The notes below the pieces were generated by a model, which worked only from the letters and a program-made list of their open reading frames with translations, made no database searches and had not been told where the DNA came from. From a virus (lineage: Duplodnaviria > Caudoviricetes), in the IMG/VR virus record IMGVR_UViG_3300020598_000119: 64,000 nucleotides of DNA; one strand, written 5' to 3'. The position numbers were made by a program, and so were the translations under genes. Shown here one piece after another: positions 38,314 through 50,948 of this stretch (positions within the stretch are counted from its first letter, which is position 1; each line of letters starts with the position of its first letter).

Positions 38314-39663
38314 TTATCTCTTCAGGAACGGAGGAGGGGCAAAAGGTTTACGAGGTTTTGGTGCCTCGGTCGCTTCCTTTTTTGGCTCTTCTTCAGCCTT
38401 AACAGGTTCAATGACCGTTTCCTCAACCTTTGCCGCAACAGCCGGAGTCTCGGCGGCCGGAGCATCCTCCAGGAAGTTCATATCGTCGATATTCTCGACA
38501 ACCGACACATCAGCAGAGGTGACTTCTTCCTCGCCGCTGATCGGGAAGGTTTCATCATCAGAAATGCCAACGTAATCGTCGCTCTGATATTCCTCATAGT
38601 CATCGACCATTTCGTCCTCATTGCCAGCATATTGGTCGAGGTCGTCAACGACATCCTCAACGATAGCCCCTTCCTCAGAAAAGTTTTCTGCAGCTTCCTC
38701 AATGAAGATATCTTCGGCTACAGGTGCTTCATCGGACTCGACGGTGGCCTCTACGGCAACTGGCTCTTCGATTGGGTCGACCACATCTTCATTGCCAGAG
38801 GCTTCGGGAGCGGCTTCCTCAACGACAGCCACAACTGCCTCTTCAACCAGAACTTCCTCAGCTGGAAGAACGAACTTAATTTCGGCGGCCTGGTCTTCAA
38901 CAGCCGTGATCACATTACCGAACGCGTCATATACGCTCGCGTTGAATGCATCCTGCTCTGGATCGCGAGAGATATCCGACAAAAATGCGCGGAAAAATTC
39001 GAGGTCTAGATGCGCGCCTTCCTTGGCTGCTACGCTCGAAGCAATAGCGAGCGCGTCATTCAAAATGGCCTTAACAGCCTCAACGCGGGCCGCATCAAAA
39101 TCTGCGGTCGCCTCGTCAATGAGATCCACGATCTCGGAGATTTCAGCGTCATTTCCAGCAACAGAAATCTGCTCCTGCACTTCAGCTCCACCAGCTTCTG
39201 GTTCAGGTGGGACAACAACCTCCACGGCGGCATCGGGAGCCTCTTCGACGACTGCAGGCTCAGCAGTAACAGGCTTTTCCGGCTTCGTTTCGCCAGACAG
39301 CTCCTCGGTTTCAGACGCTTCTTCGGACTTGTCCTTGCGCTTACGGCGGACAGGTTTCTCGGTTGCTGGTGCGGTCGCCGTCACGGCGTCTTCGCCAGCA
39401 ATCGCGCCAATCGCAAAAAGGGTCTGATTGATCTCTTCGATGGCCTTACGAGCCTTAGCCTTGGAGAGGCCTGCTTCTTCCATTTCAACCAGAACAGCAT
39501 CAAACGCAGCATTCATATCGGAAAGATGCGATTTTGCCTCTTCAAGGCGCTGCTTTGCCTCTTCGATGCCAGCCCTGGCATCTTCGACACCAGCCTTTGC
39601 CTTATCAACAGCAAGAGCGGCTTCACTACCCTTGCCAATAATCAGATTTCGAAGATCGGTCAT
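38314..39663 (-). CDS. highly acidic, largely disordered protein with an N-terminal coiled coil
   Basis: E/D/A-rich; GGAG RBS at MTDLRN; lies downstream of gyrA. Confidence 0.7.
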   Translation of the reverse strand: MTDLRNLIIGKGSEAALAVDKAKAGVEDARAGIEEAKQRLEEAKSHLSDMNAAFDAVLVEMEEAGLSKAKARKAIEEINQTLFAIGAIAGEDAVTATAPATEKPVRRKRKDKSEEASETEELSGETKPEKPVTAEPAVVEEAPDAAVEVVVPPEPEAGGAEVQEQISVAGNDAEISEIVDLIDEATADFDAARVEAVKAILNDALAIASSVAAKEGAHLDLEFFRAFLSDISRDPEQDAFNASVYDAFGNVITAVEDQAAEIKFVLPAEEVLVEEAVVAVVEEAAPEASGNEDVVDPIEEPVAVEATVESDEAPVAEDIFIEEAAENFSEEGAIVEDVVDDLDQYAGNEDEMVDDYEEYQSDDYVGISDDETFPISGEEEVTSADVSVVENIDDMNFLEDAPAAETPAVAAKVEETVIEPVKAEEEPKKEATEAPKPRKPFAPPPFLKR

Positions 39664-39749
39664 TGTCTTTAATTGCTCCTGAATTATTCGAATTATTCTG
39701 ACAACTATTTTGGGTGACGAATTCGCATTCGTCACCCAAAAACATTTAT

Positions 39750-42503
39750 TTATTCCACATTTTCTGAGGCGTCGATTTCGACGTCAGCGTCAGCGAGTGG
39801 TGTAACCACTTCAGAGTCGTCGATTTCATCCGCACCGACCTTGGCGACGCTCACGATGCGCTGACCTTCAGGCAGATGGAACATCTTGACACCACGTGTC
39901 GCACGTCCCGTCTTACGGACATCCTTGACGCGGGTACGAATTGCCTGGCCACCGTCCGTGATCATAACGAGACCGTCGTCATCGACAACCGGGAAGCATG
40001 CAACGAGCGGGCCAGTTGCGGCGCTAACGTTTGCAGCGGCGAAGCCCTTAGCACCACGAGCGGTCGTGCGGTACCCGTAAGCAGATGAGCGCTTACCAAA
40101 GCCTTTTGCCGAGATGGTGAGCAAGAACTCTTCGTTTGCCCGCATTTCAGCCATGCGCTCATCAGACAGATCGACCGTATAGCTTTCACCAGTCTCCTGA
40201 AGATCAACCGTCGTACGACCGCCTGCAAGGTAGGCCTTCCGCTCGTCCGCCGAAGCGGGGACATGCTTCAGTACGGATGCTGCAATCACTTCGTTCCCAT
40301 TTACCAAGGTGATGGCCTTCACACCCGTACCACTGCGGCTCTTGACTTCACGAACGTCGTCAACTGGGAAGCGCACGCATTCCTTGTCGCGAGTAACTAC
40401 GATCACGTCGTCTTCGTTCGAGCAAAGCAGAACTTCAACCAAACGGCCTTCAGGGTTGCCATGCTCATCTTCAAGCTTGATGGCAATCTTGCCCGCCTTG
40501 TTGATACCCCAGAATGCCTTCGCATCATTTCGACGGATCGAACCAAAGTCAGTGACGAACACAAGGCTTTTGTTTTCCAACGCCGCTTCCTCTTCCGGCA
40601 TCGCGATAACAGCCGAAATAGTTTCGCCTTCACGGAGCGGCACGAAGTTGACCAGAGGGCGGCCCTTCGAGGACGGTGCGCCTTCAGGTAGCTTGTAAGC
40701 CTTCAAAGAATGGGCGATGCCACGGCTAGTGAAGAAAACAAGTGGGGTCTTGGTCGTGCAAATGATCGTCGACTGAACAAAGTCGTCGTCCTTCGTTTCC
40801 ATACCATTGCGGCCCTTGCCACCACGCTTCTGCTCGCGATATGCCGAAAGCTCAGTCGCCTTCACATAACCAGACCTGCTGATCGTGATAACAATGTCAC
40901 GGCGCTCGATGAGGTCTTCATCGTCGATGTCTTCAGCGTCATATGGGCTGATTGCCGTAATACGCTCCGATGAGAACTTCGCACGAACTTCCTCGAATTC
41001 ATTGCGAATTACGTCGTTCATGACGGAAACGTCGTTAAGGATCAGAATAAAACCCTGGATTTGTTGCGAAAGTTCACGGACCTTCGTCGCTACTTCATCA
41101 CGCGCAATACCCGTCAAACGGGACAGACGCATTTCGAGAATGGTATCAGCCTGAATGACAGACAGCGTGAAAACTTCACCGACCGGATTATCGGGATCAG
41201 CTTCAAGGAGCAGCTGCGCGAAATCACCAGAAGTCGGGAATTCCATTGCCATCAACCGTGCACGAGCAGTTTCGACATCTGGAGACGTCTTAATCGTGTT
41301 CACGATCTCATCAATCTTCGAAACGGCCGCGTACAATCCGAGTTGTTTGTGAAGAGCATCACGAGCCTGATTAAGTTCGAATTCAGTGCGGCGTCGAACT
41401 ACGACACGACGGAATGCGACAAATTCGTTCAGAATATCGAGAAGTGGCATTTCAAGCGGCTTACCACGGCTGTTCAGAACAGTTGCATTGTATGAAAACG
41501 AGGATACAAGACTCGTCTTCTTTTTGAGCGTGTTCAGAATGATATTCGGATCGACGTCGCGGCGAAGATCAATGGCAACGCGAAGCGGAGATACACGGTC
41601 GGCTTCGTCACGAATTTCAGTGATGCCTTCGATTTCCTTCTTATTAGCCAGTTCGGCGACACGCTCCTGGAAAGCCTTCGAGCTGTAGCCATACGGCAGT
41701 TCAGTCACGATGATCTGGGTCTTGCCATTCTTCAGCTCAACGATCTCTGCCTTGCCCGCAATGCGGATGGAGCCGCGACCCGTGCGATAGGCTTCACGGA
41801 TGCCACCAGTGCCCTGAATGGTGCCAGCCGTTGGGAAATCAGGCCCAGGAAGCACAGTCATGACTTCATCGAGTGTGGCGTTTGGATTGTCCAGAACCAT
41901 CAGACAGGCATCGAGCGTCTCACCGAGGTTGTGTGGCGGAATATTCGTCGCCATGGCAACCGCGATCCCCTGCTGGCCGTTGACTAGAAGGTTAGGGAAA
42001 CGGACAGGCAGAACCTTCGGCTCCTGCTGGCGGCCATCGTAGTTAGGCTGCCAATCAACCGTATCCTTATCAATGTCGGCAACAGCGTAGTGTGCCAAGC
42101 GTGTCATACGCGATTCCGTATAGCGCATTGCAGCCGCGCCATCGCCGTCACGAGAGCCAAAGTTACCCTGACCGTCGATCAACGGATGACGTTGCGACCA
42201 AGGTTGCGCCAGTCTGACCATCGTCTCATAAATTGCAGCATCGCCATGCGGGTGGTAATTACCCATGACGTCACCGACAATCTTTGCGGACTTATTATAC
42301 GAGCGATTTGCATGGTAACCTCCCTCGTTCATGGCATGAACGATACGGCGATGGACTGGCTTCATGCCATCACGAACGTCAGGAACTGCACGGCTCACGA
42401 TAACGCTCATTGCATAGTTCAGATAAGAACTATTCATCATGTTCTCGATTGTCACATCGAGAATGCCTGTCTTTTCGGAATTTTGTTCGATTTCCATATC
42501 CAT
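39750..42503 (-). CDS. gyrA: DNA gyrase subunit A
   Basis: PDVRDGMKPVHRR, YHPHGD, AAMRYTE and GyrA-box QKRGGKG. Confidence 0.97.
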   Translation of the reverse strand: MDMEIEQNSEKTGILDVTIENMMNSSYLNYAMSVIVSRAVPDVRDGMKPVHRRIVHAMNEGGYHANRSYNKSAKIVGDVMGNYHPHGDAAIYETMVRLAQPWSQRHPLIDGQGNFGSRDGDGAAAMRYTESRMTRLAHYAVADIDKDTVDWQPNYDGRQQEPKVLPVRFPNLLVNGQQGIAVAMATNIPPHNLGETLDACLMVLDNPNATLDEVMTVLPGPDFPTAGTIQGTGGIREAYRTGRGSIRIAGKAEIVELKNGKTQIIVTELPYGYSSKAFQERVAELANKKEIEGITEIRDEADRVSPLRVAIDLRRDVDPNIILNTLKKKTSLVSSFSYNATVLNSRGKPLEMPLLDILNEFVAFRRVVVRRRTEFELNQARDALHKQLGLYAAVSKIDEIVNTIKTSPDVETARARLMAMEFPTSGDFAQLLLEADPDNPVGEVFTLSVIQADTILEMRLSRLTGIARDEVATKVRELSQQIQGFILILNDVSVMNDVIRNEFEEVRAKFSSERITAISPYDAEDIDDEDLIERRDIVITISRSGYVKATELSAYREQKRGGKGRNGMETKDDDFVQSTIICTTKTPLVFFTSRGIAHSLKAYKLPEGAPSSKGRPLVNFVPLREGETISAVIAMPEEEAALENKSLVFVTDFGSIRRNDAKAFWGINKAGKIAIKLEDEHGNPEGRLVEVLLCSNEDDVIVVTRDKECVRFPVDDVREVKSRSGTGVKAITLVNGNEVIAASVLKHVPASADERKAYLAGGRTTVDLQETGESYTVDLSDERMAEMRANEEFLLTISAKGFGKRSSAYGYRTTARGAKGFAAANVSAATGPLVACFPVVDDDGLVMITDGGQAIRTRVKDVRKTGRATRGVKMFHLPEGQRIVSVAKVGADEIDDSEVVTPLADADVEIDASENVE

Positions 42504-42540
42504 TCCTTCTATTTAATTCGTGTCCGGCACTTTCTCTCCT

Positions 42541-43143
42541 TTAAAAGAGAGAGGGCATCGGTCCAGAGCGATCTGCAGAGGCGGGGGCAGAGATCGCAAC
42601 GCGCTCGACCTCAAGATCGACAGCAACCTTGGCTGGCGTCTGTTCAACGAACTGAACACTTTCAGTGCGCAACCTTTCTGCTGCAAAACTAACAGCTTCT
42701 CCGGCCTCATGCTGCCCTGTGCCAAATTCGGCGAAATCGGGTTCTTCAATTCCCAATTCTGGGGACTTTGCGACCAACGCCTCAGCAAGAGCTGCCTCAA
42801 CAGCAGCATCAACAAGTTGGTCGACCTGTGCTTCCGTCGAGAAAAGCGGGTCAACCATCTTGAACAGCCGGGTGTTAATACGAACGTTCTGGTTCAGCGA
42901 CTTATTCATCACCTTTTCGGCAATGATTACGCCGTCTAGAACAGCAGATTCGTCTGCGTAGAACGTGGTTGCCTGCGCGTAGCCATCGAACTGACCTTTT
43001 ACGTAGATCTCTTCAGCGATGACATGACCATCGAACTTAATGCCGAGCGGCACCAAGAGCTTCTTGCAAACAATCGAGCCATTAAAGTCTTCCTTCAGAC
43101 TGATCTGTTTGTTTTGATCACGGATCATTTTTTCTAGACTCAT
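42541..43143 (-). CDS. bactofilin-like protein
   Basis: Beta-helix pattern FNGSIVC...FDGHVIAEEIYVKGQFDG...LDGVI. Confidence 0.55.
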   Translation of the reverse strand: MSLEKMIRDQNKQISLKEDFNGSIVCKKLLVPLGIKFDGHVIAEEIYVKGQFDGYAQATTFYADESAVLDGVIIAEKVMNKSLNQNVRINTRLFKMVDPLFSTEAQVDQLVDAAVEAALAEALVAKSPELGIEEPDFAEFGTGQHEAGEAVSFAAERLRTESVQFVEQTPAKVAVDLEVERVAISAPASADRSGPMPSLF

Positions 43144-43379
43144 AAAAATCCCCATAAAAGGCGGCAAAAATCTGCATAAATTGTATTTGGCACGTCTATT
43201 TGTGTCAACAATGTTGAACGAAATAAACCTTATTTAATGGAAAATTATTTGAGCGACGTCGATATTCGGAGAAACTATGAATCAGCGCTCGGAACCAGGG
43301 CATAAAAGGAGTGAAATCGACATACAAATACGACGGCAGCACAGCCTAAGTTACCTCCAGAGACTGTGCTTTAAAGCTG

Positions 43380-43727
43380 TCAGGCTATGCGGGTTGCTTT
43401 CTCGTGGTTCTTAACAGCGCCCTTCATGCTCTCAGGGTATTCCAAGACTATTTCGACCTTCTTATCCATCATTCGGGGAGATCGAACTATAATCGTCGGC
43501 CGTTCGTTATTTGGGCCTACCATATCAGCATACTTGGCTCGATACTTCTTGGCTTGGCCTTCAAGGAGGCGGCGGGCTACCCGATTGACCTGAGACAGAT
43601 CAAGTTTCTTTCCCCCGACCTCAAATCGGACCTGAATTTCCGAGTCATCAGCTTCCACCGGAACGACAGTTTCCGCAGCAACTCCGACGTCTTCATGCTC
43701 TACGTTATGGATAGCATTATCAGACAT
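43380..43727 (-). CDS. hypothetical protein
   Basis: AAGGA RBS; 115 aa. Confidence 0.6.
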   Translation of the reverse strand: MSDNAIHNVEHEDVGVAAETVVPVEADDSEIQVRFEVGGKKLDLSQVNRVARRLLEGQAKKYRAKYADMVGPNNERPTIIVRSPRMMDKKVEIVLEYPESMKGAVKNHEKATRIA

Positions 43728-43889
43728 GGATTTATCCTTCTTTTATTGCACATATTGATGATGAAGGATTTTCGACATCTGGCAAGCAGACCAATAACAA
43801 AATGTCAGGAAAGATGAATGTTATTCAGCGAAATGGCCCCTCGATTTTCACCGAGAGGCCATTTTTATAAAACTGGTGGATATTAGAGA

Positions 43890-46376
<2,487 letters not shown>

Positions 46377-46478
46377 TTAAATATCCCAGATATTGTGACG
46401 ATAATAATGTGAGGCGTCAACAATATTGCAGGAAAAATGCGGCTGCGATTTATTTAAATGAAATCGAAAAAATATCGT

Positions 46479-46507
46479 TTGACAAGTGCTAGCCGACCAT
46501 TCATAAA
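46479..46507 (+). promoter_or_regulatory. sigma70-type promoter of array 3
   Basis: TTGACA-N17-CATAAA with upstream A-tracts. Confidence 0.75.
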
Positions 46508-46558
46508 GGGGACAAGCGATTGGGCGGATGCCCGTCCATTCAACTTTGAGAGAGTACA

Positions 46559-46633
46559 ATGCGCAACACGAGAACGACATGGACATGTTGGAGAACCTAC
46601 AGGGGCTTCCCTGGAGGCGGAGACGTCTGTTGA
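46559..46633 (+). CDS. leader peptide of the Trp/Thr/Cys/Arg tRNA array (24 aa)
   Basis: MRNTRTTWTCWRTYRGFPGGGDVC*, with a GAGAGAG RBS. Confidence 0.88.
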   Translation: MRNTRTTWTCWRTYRGFPGGGDVC

Positions 46634-46660
46634 CTCGTTGAGCGCAGTTACCGCAACCAA

Positions 46661-46694
46661 GAAGCCTCGAATGAAAATTCGGGGCTTTTATTTT
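46661..46694 (+). terminator. attenuator terminator of tRNA array 3
   Basis: AAGCCTCGAA-TGAAAA-TTCGGGGCTTTTATTTT. Confidence 0.88.
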
Positions 46695-46710
46695 GTCTGG
46701 AATTCAGTTT

Positions 46711-46785
46711 AGGGGTGTAGCCAAGTGGTTAAGGCAGCGGTCTCCAAAACCGCCATCGGGGGTTCGAGTCCCTCCACCCCTGCCA
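46711..46785 (+). tRNA. tRNA-Trp(CCA)
   Basis: Loop CTCCAAA, GCCA end. Confidence 0.94.
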
Positions 46786-46797
46786 CCGAAAGATAAG

Positions 46798-46965
46798 ATG
46801 ATGGTAAATAGACTTTTGGAGTTGATGCTTGAAGGAGAAACAGATAACAGTATTCTTCAGGATGCGTGGGATAAAATGCAGGAGCAAAAGAGGCTTGCCC
46901 TAGAGGAAATTGGTCAGAGAATACAGAATGGAGAGCCTCTCACTGTTGAGTTTGACTTGGATTGA
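46798..46965 (+). CDS. small acidic hypothetical protein within the tRNA array
   Basis: 55-aa ORF filling the spacer between tRNAs. Confidence 0.45.
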   Translation: MMVNRLLELMLEGETDNSILQDAWDKMQEQKRLALEEIGQRIQNGEPLTVEFDLD

Positions 46966-46978
46966 TACAAGTAATTCT

Positions 46979-47054
46979 GCCAAATTAGCTCAGTTGGTAG
47001 AGCAGCGCTTTCGTAAAGCGAAGGTCGGGAGTTCGAGTCTCTTATTTGGCACCA
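46979..47054 (+). tRNA. tRNA-Thr(CGT)
   Basis: Loop TTCGTAA, ACCA end. Confidence 0.93.
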
Positions 47055-47171
47055 GAGGTCCGCTATAAAATGCGGATTCCGCGCAGCCTAATTAGTTGCG
47101 CCATGGCTTTTCGGGCGGTTGAGCCGGATAATCAACTGCCCCGCGAATATAAGCGTCGTGAGACGCGATGT

Positions 47172-47247
47172 GCCGTTGTAGCTCAGCTGGTAGAGCGCCT
47201 GATTTGTAATCAGGATGTCACGGGTTCGATCCCTGTCGGCGGCACCA
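47172..47247 (+). tRNA. tRNA-Thr(TGT)
   Basis: Loop TTTGTAA, ACCA end. Confidence 0.94.
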
Positions 47248-47326
47248 TAAAATCTGGCGTGCGGTTGTTAAAGGATTAAAAGCCTTTCCCCGCCAGTAGG
47301 AATAAAACTGGTAGCAATGCCAGTAC

Positions 47327-47400
47327 GGCCTGGTGGCGGAGTGGTTACGCGGCGGACTGCAAATCCGCTTACCCGAGTTCGATTCTCGGTCAGGCCTCCA
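47327..47400 (+). tRNA. tRNA-Cys(GCA)
   Basis: Loop CTGCAAA, U73, CCA. Confidence 0.94.
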
Positions 47401-47430
47401 AATAAATATCTAGTGCATCTGATGCACTTT

Positions 47431-47506
47431 GGTCCCGTAGCTCAGTGGAAAGAGCAGGAGCCTTCTAAGCTCAAGGTCGTAGGTTCGAATCCTACCGGGA
47501 TCGCCA
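47431..47506 (+). tRNA. tRNA-Arg(TCT)
   Basis: Loop CTTCTAA, CCA. Confidence 0.93.
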
Positions 47507-47536
47507 CCGTTCATACTTTGGGAAATCCAAAGTATT

Positions 47537-47611
47537 GTCTCCGTAGCTCAGTGGAAGAGCAATTTCCTCCTAAGAAATAGGTCGCAGGTTCGAATCCTGC
47601 CGGAGACGCCA
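47537..47611 (+). tRNA. tRNA-Arg(CCT)
   Basis: Loop CTCCTAA, CCA. Confidence 0.93.
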
Positions 47612-47778
47612 TCAAAATCGTGTCGTGATCGCTCATAATCTCGAAGCCATCGATGCGATCATCGAGCACAGCAAGATCAGGGCGTACGGAGCCTCTGACT
47701 ACCGCCTTAAGCTCGTTCACGATCACGAAGCAAGGCAACCCTATGACCTCGTCATTCATCAGCAGCGTTTCCTGCAGG

Positions 47779-48927
47779 TTAAGTCCCTTCTATCCAGTCG
47801 GAAAAATCTTTGACCAATGGCTCCAACAGCGGCGCGACGTCCATTTTCGAGGCCATCGATTTGTATGCAGGAACCTCCAGCAACGCACGATGGCCAACTT
47901 CTGCGCCGATCAGGTTGCCAAGAACCGCTGCAGTGGAGTCGCTATCTCCCGAATGGTTCACAGCAATTTCGAATTTTCGCTCCAAGGGCACGTCTGCAAG
48001 GGCGGCCAAAATAGCAATGGCAAGGCATTCATGTCCTACCCACCCGCCACCGAGCACCTCAACGTGTTCAGGAGCGATATCAGAGATCGGGGCGATCTTC
48101 ATTACCGAAAGAATGAGCGTTCGCATCAGGCCAGCGTTCTCTACGCCCCTAAGGTATTCCTCAAGCCCAAAGACAGCTGCCTTCAGGCTTTCCCCCTGAG
48201 CGAGCCTATTGACCAGCCAACTTAGCGCCCCAGCAGGAATATAGCCCATTGGGTGCCCATGGGTCATAGCGGCCGCCTTGGCTCCGAGCATGAAACAGTG
48301 CGCGGGATCGGAAAGATTCAGGAAACCTATGGGGGCAACCCGCATGACGCCTCCGCACCCCATGGAGTCGTTTAGCGGGCGCTCAATGGTGCCGATAGCA
48401 CCAGCCTTGCAGGCCGACAGGCAGGTCATTCCAGGTGCTCTGTTGACCCTCATCAAATGGGAATGCCCTAACCGCCCAACAGGCACCTGCGAAGGGTTAG
48501 ATTGTTGGGTTATATACCAGTCCAGATAGGCGTCACGAATACAATCCAATGAGCGCTCTGCTGTGAGGCGATCTCCCCATCGTTGATGAGCCACCAAAAG
48601 GCCCTCCGCAGTAAACATGGTCATTTGCGTGTCGTCACTAACCAGACAACGCTCCCAGGTTGGGAACACGAGTGAAATCGCACGCATAGAGACACCACTC
48701 GGGCCAAATTTTTCCCGAATGGTAGAAATGGAATCAAACTCAACAGCGTAACCAAGCGCATCACCAACCGCCCCCGCATAAAGGCAACCGTAAATCCGGT
48801 CATTCAATGAAAGAGGATGAGGTAGTGCGGCCTCATCCTGCGGAGCAACTTCAATGCTGTCATCTTTCTTGGACAGGAAGATTGATTTCAGTTTTTTGAT
48901 CACGTGACGCCTCCGATCGTGCGTCAA
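47779..48927 (-). CDS. ADP-ribosylglycohydrolase (DraG/ARH family)
   Basis: GAVGDALG, SDDTQMT, GCGGVMR, THGH and NHSGDSDST. Confidence 0.92.
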   Translation of the reverse strand: MTHDRRRHVIKKLKSIFLSKKDDSIEVAPQDEAALPHPLSLNDRIYGCLYAGAVGDALGYAVEFDSISTIREKFGPSGVSMRAISLVFPTWERCLVSDDTQMTMFTAEGLLVAHQRWGDRLTAERSLDCIRDAYLDWYITQQSNPSQVPVGRLGHSHLMRVNRAPGMTCLSACKAGAIGTIERPLNDSMGCGGVMRVAPIGFLNLSDPAHCFMLGAKAAAMTHGHPMGYIPAGALSWLVNRLAQGESLKAAVFGLEEYLRGVENAGLMRTLILSVMKIAPISDIAPEHVEVLGGGWVGHECLAIAILAALADVPLERKFEIAVNHSGDSDSTAAVLGNLIGAEVGHRALLEVPAYKSMASKMDVAPLLEPLVKDFSDWIEGT

Positions 48928-49047
48928 TTTTTACAGATTATTTCAGATGGATCAAATTGCTCATTGAACTATCTGAACAAATATGAGAAAGGAATTAGGT
49001 CTCCGTATTGCTGCGGCTGCTGAACCCATCAATTCTGGAGAACTATC

Positions 49048-50493
49048 ATGAAAATCACTGGCACTTTGCCTGCGAACAGTCGCGTCCGTGTTTCCGGTCA
49101 CGACGTTCACACTATCACTTCGTATAACGAGCCTGAACGACACAAGAGGCTGGCGCTTGATGATCTGTCGAATGCCATTCCGACGCATGATGCGTTTGAA
49201 CAAGCCGCAGCGGCAGTCAAAAGGATTGTGACCACACCGGACTTTCACGCTGGCAAGCCAGTTCCGGTCGGCGTAACCATGTCCATTGAAGGCGCTGCGA
49301 TGCCACATGTCATCGGCAATGACATTGGATGCGGCATGCGAATGGTCGTACTTAACGACGTCACCGAGGACGATCTGGCCGTCAGCGCGCTGGATGGCCA
49401 TTTGCGTCATGTCCATTTCCAAGGCAGTAGAAACATTGCGCTCTCTGGAAGACAGCGCCACGCAATCCTCAAGGAAGGCATCCCAGGGCTGCTGGAAGCG
49501 CTGGCCGGGGACGCGAAGGGGCTATTGGGCAACCTAGAACTAACAGCCGCGTGGAGAGACGTCAGCAGGACCTGTGATGATGGCTTCTTTCCGTCTGTAG
49601 ACATCGATAACGGCTTTCTCGAATACGGAAACCTCACTGACGGATACCGTTACGATGCCATCCTAGGCTCAATCGGTGGAGGAAATCACTTCGTCGAACT
49701 CGGTGTCATCGACAAAATCGTAGACAGCACGTTCGCTATGGCTGCTGGCGTAAAAGCTGGTGCCGTCGTCATGGTCGTTCACTCTGGCTCCCTCGATTTT
49801 GGCCAATATGTCGGCTCAACGACGAAAGGAAGAATGCGAGGACTGGCCAGACATGGCGATCAGCGCATCCTTTCTGCAGAGCACCACACAGACGAGCTAC
49901 AGCGCTTCCTCAACGGCCAAGCTAACGCGGTTAATATCGCTTTTGCAAACCGCTTTCTGATCGGCCTAGCGACCATCCATGCGGTCGAGAAGGCACTGGG
50001 GAAGCGAGTGGACGCAAGATTGATCTATGACGCTCCTCACAACGTCATCTGGTCAGATGGTAACACTTACATGCATCGAAAGGGGTCATGTCCAGCACGA
50101 GGCCAAGGCTTCCAGCATGGTTCGCCTTACGAGTGGCTCGGAGAACCCGTCATCCTGCCAGGCTCCATGGGAGACGGAACATGGCTACTAAGAGGGCTTG
50201 GCAATGAGGAGACGCTAAAGTCTGCAGCTCATGGAGCGGGACGACGCCTATCGCGCCAAGAAGCACGAGCCGAGGCCAATCATCCTGCTGACCTCCAGGT
50301 GATTACACCCATCGATCTCAATGCTCCTGAGGTGCGTTGCAGAGCGGATATCGTTCGTGAAATCGTCGGCCGATTGAAGGAAGAATCTCCTGATGCTTAT
50401 CGGCCAATCGAAAATGTTGTCGCTCCAATGGAGGACACTGGAATGGTCAACAAGGTTGCCAAAGTGCGTCCGGTCATCACCGTCAAAGGATGA
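49048..50493 (+). CDS. rtcB: RtcB-family RNA ligase
   Basis: PDFHAG, DIGCGM, GGGNHF, HSGS, HN, HRKG and HGAGR. Confidence 0.92.
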   Translation: MKITGTLPANSRVRVSGHDVHTITSYNEPERHKRLALDDLSNAIPTHDAFEQAAAAVKRIVTTPDFHAGKPVPVGVTMSIEGAAMPHVIGNDIGCGMRMVVLNDVTEDDLAVSALDGHLRHVHFQGSRNIALSGRQRHAILKEGIPGLLEALAGDAKGLLGNLELTAAWRDVSRTCDDGFFPSVDIDNGFLEYGNLTDGYRYDAILGSIGGGNHFVELGVIDKIVDSTFAMAAGVKAGAVVMVVHSGSLDFGQYVGSTTKGRMRGLARHGDQRILSAEHHTDELQRFLNGQANAVNIAFANRFLIGLATIHAVEKALGKRVDARLIYDAPHNVIWSDGNTYMHRKGSCPARGQGFQHGSPYEWLGEPVILPGSMGDGTWLLRGLGNEETLKSAAHGAGRRLSRQEARAEANHPADLQVITPIDLNAPEVRCRADIVREIVGRLKEESPDAYRPIENVVAPMEDTGMVNKVAKVRPVITVKG

Positions 50494-50795
50494 CAACTTG
50501 TCGCACCCTTGCTCTGCCTTGAAAACATTGGATTTTCGGATTCGCGTCGAGAAAAAATCGAGCCAAAAATATACACAAAACCTGATTTATATCGAGCGAG
50601 TCCACCAATGTAGCTTTTCACGCGTGCGGACACTTCCTTTGTGACATGCGTCGGCGGGTATACCATAGATAGTATGTGAGGCCTTCGTAGGGAAAGGATA
50701 AATTGTCGAAGGAATTTATGTAGGAATAATTCATTGTGGGCAACAGATTTTGCTGCCAATAATGACTTTCCTTTCGGAATTACCCCGTATATTCT

Positions 50796-50811
50796 CAACA
50801 AGATATAGAGA
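50796..50811 (+). promoter_or_regulatory. candidate NrdR box
   Basis: CAACAAGATATAGAGA matches the core of acaCwAtATaTwGtgt, upstream of nrdH. Confidence 0.45.
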
Positions 50812-50948
50812 ATGCGTGATCTTTCCGAGATCATAAATTTCCCAAAAGACACGGGCACGAAAAACTTGGGTGCAAACCCTTGTTTGCAAAGCCTTTGTCT
50901 GCGAGCGCCTCAGGGTCAAAAATAAAACCAGATAGAAGGAAGAATGAA

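Noticed and set aside
38621-39672. Long plus-strand Ser-rich ORFs
   Set aside because: Antisense to the acidic protein; a codon-bias artefact.
42232-42252. GyrA Ala at the Ser83-equivalent position as acquired quinolone resistance
   Set aside because: Ala at this position occurs naturally in several alphaproteobacteria.
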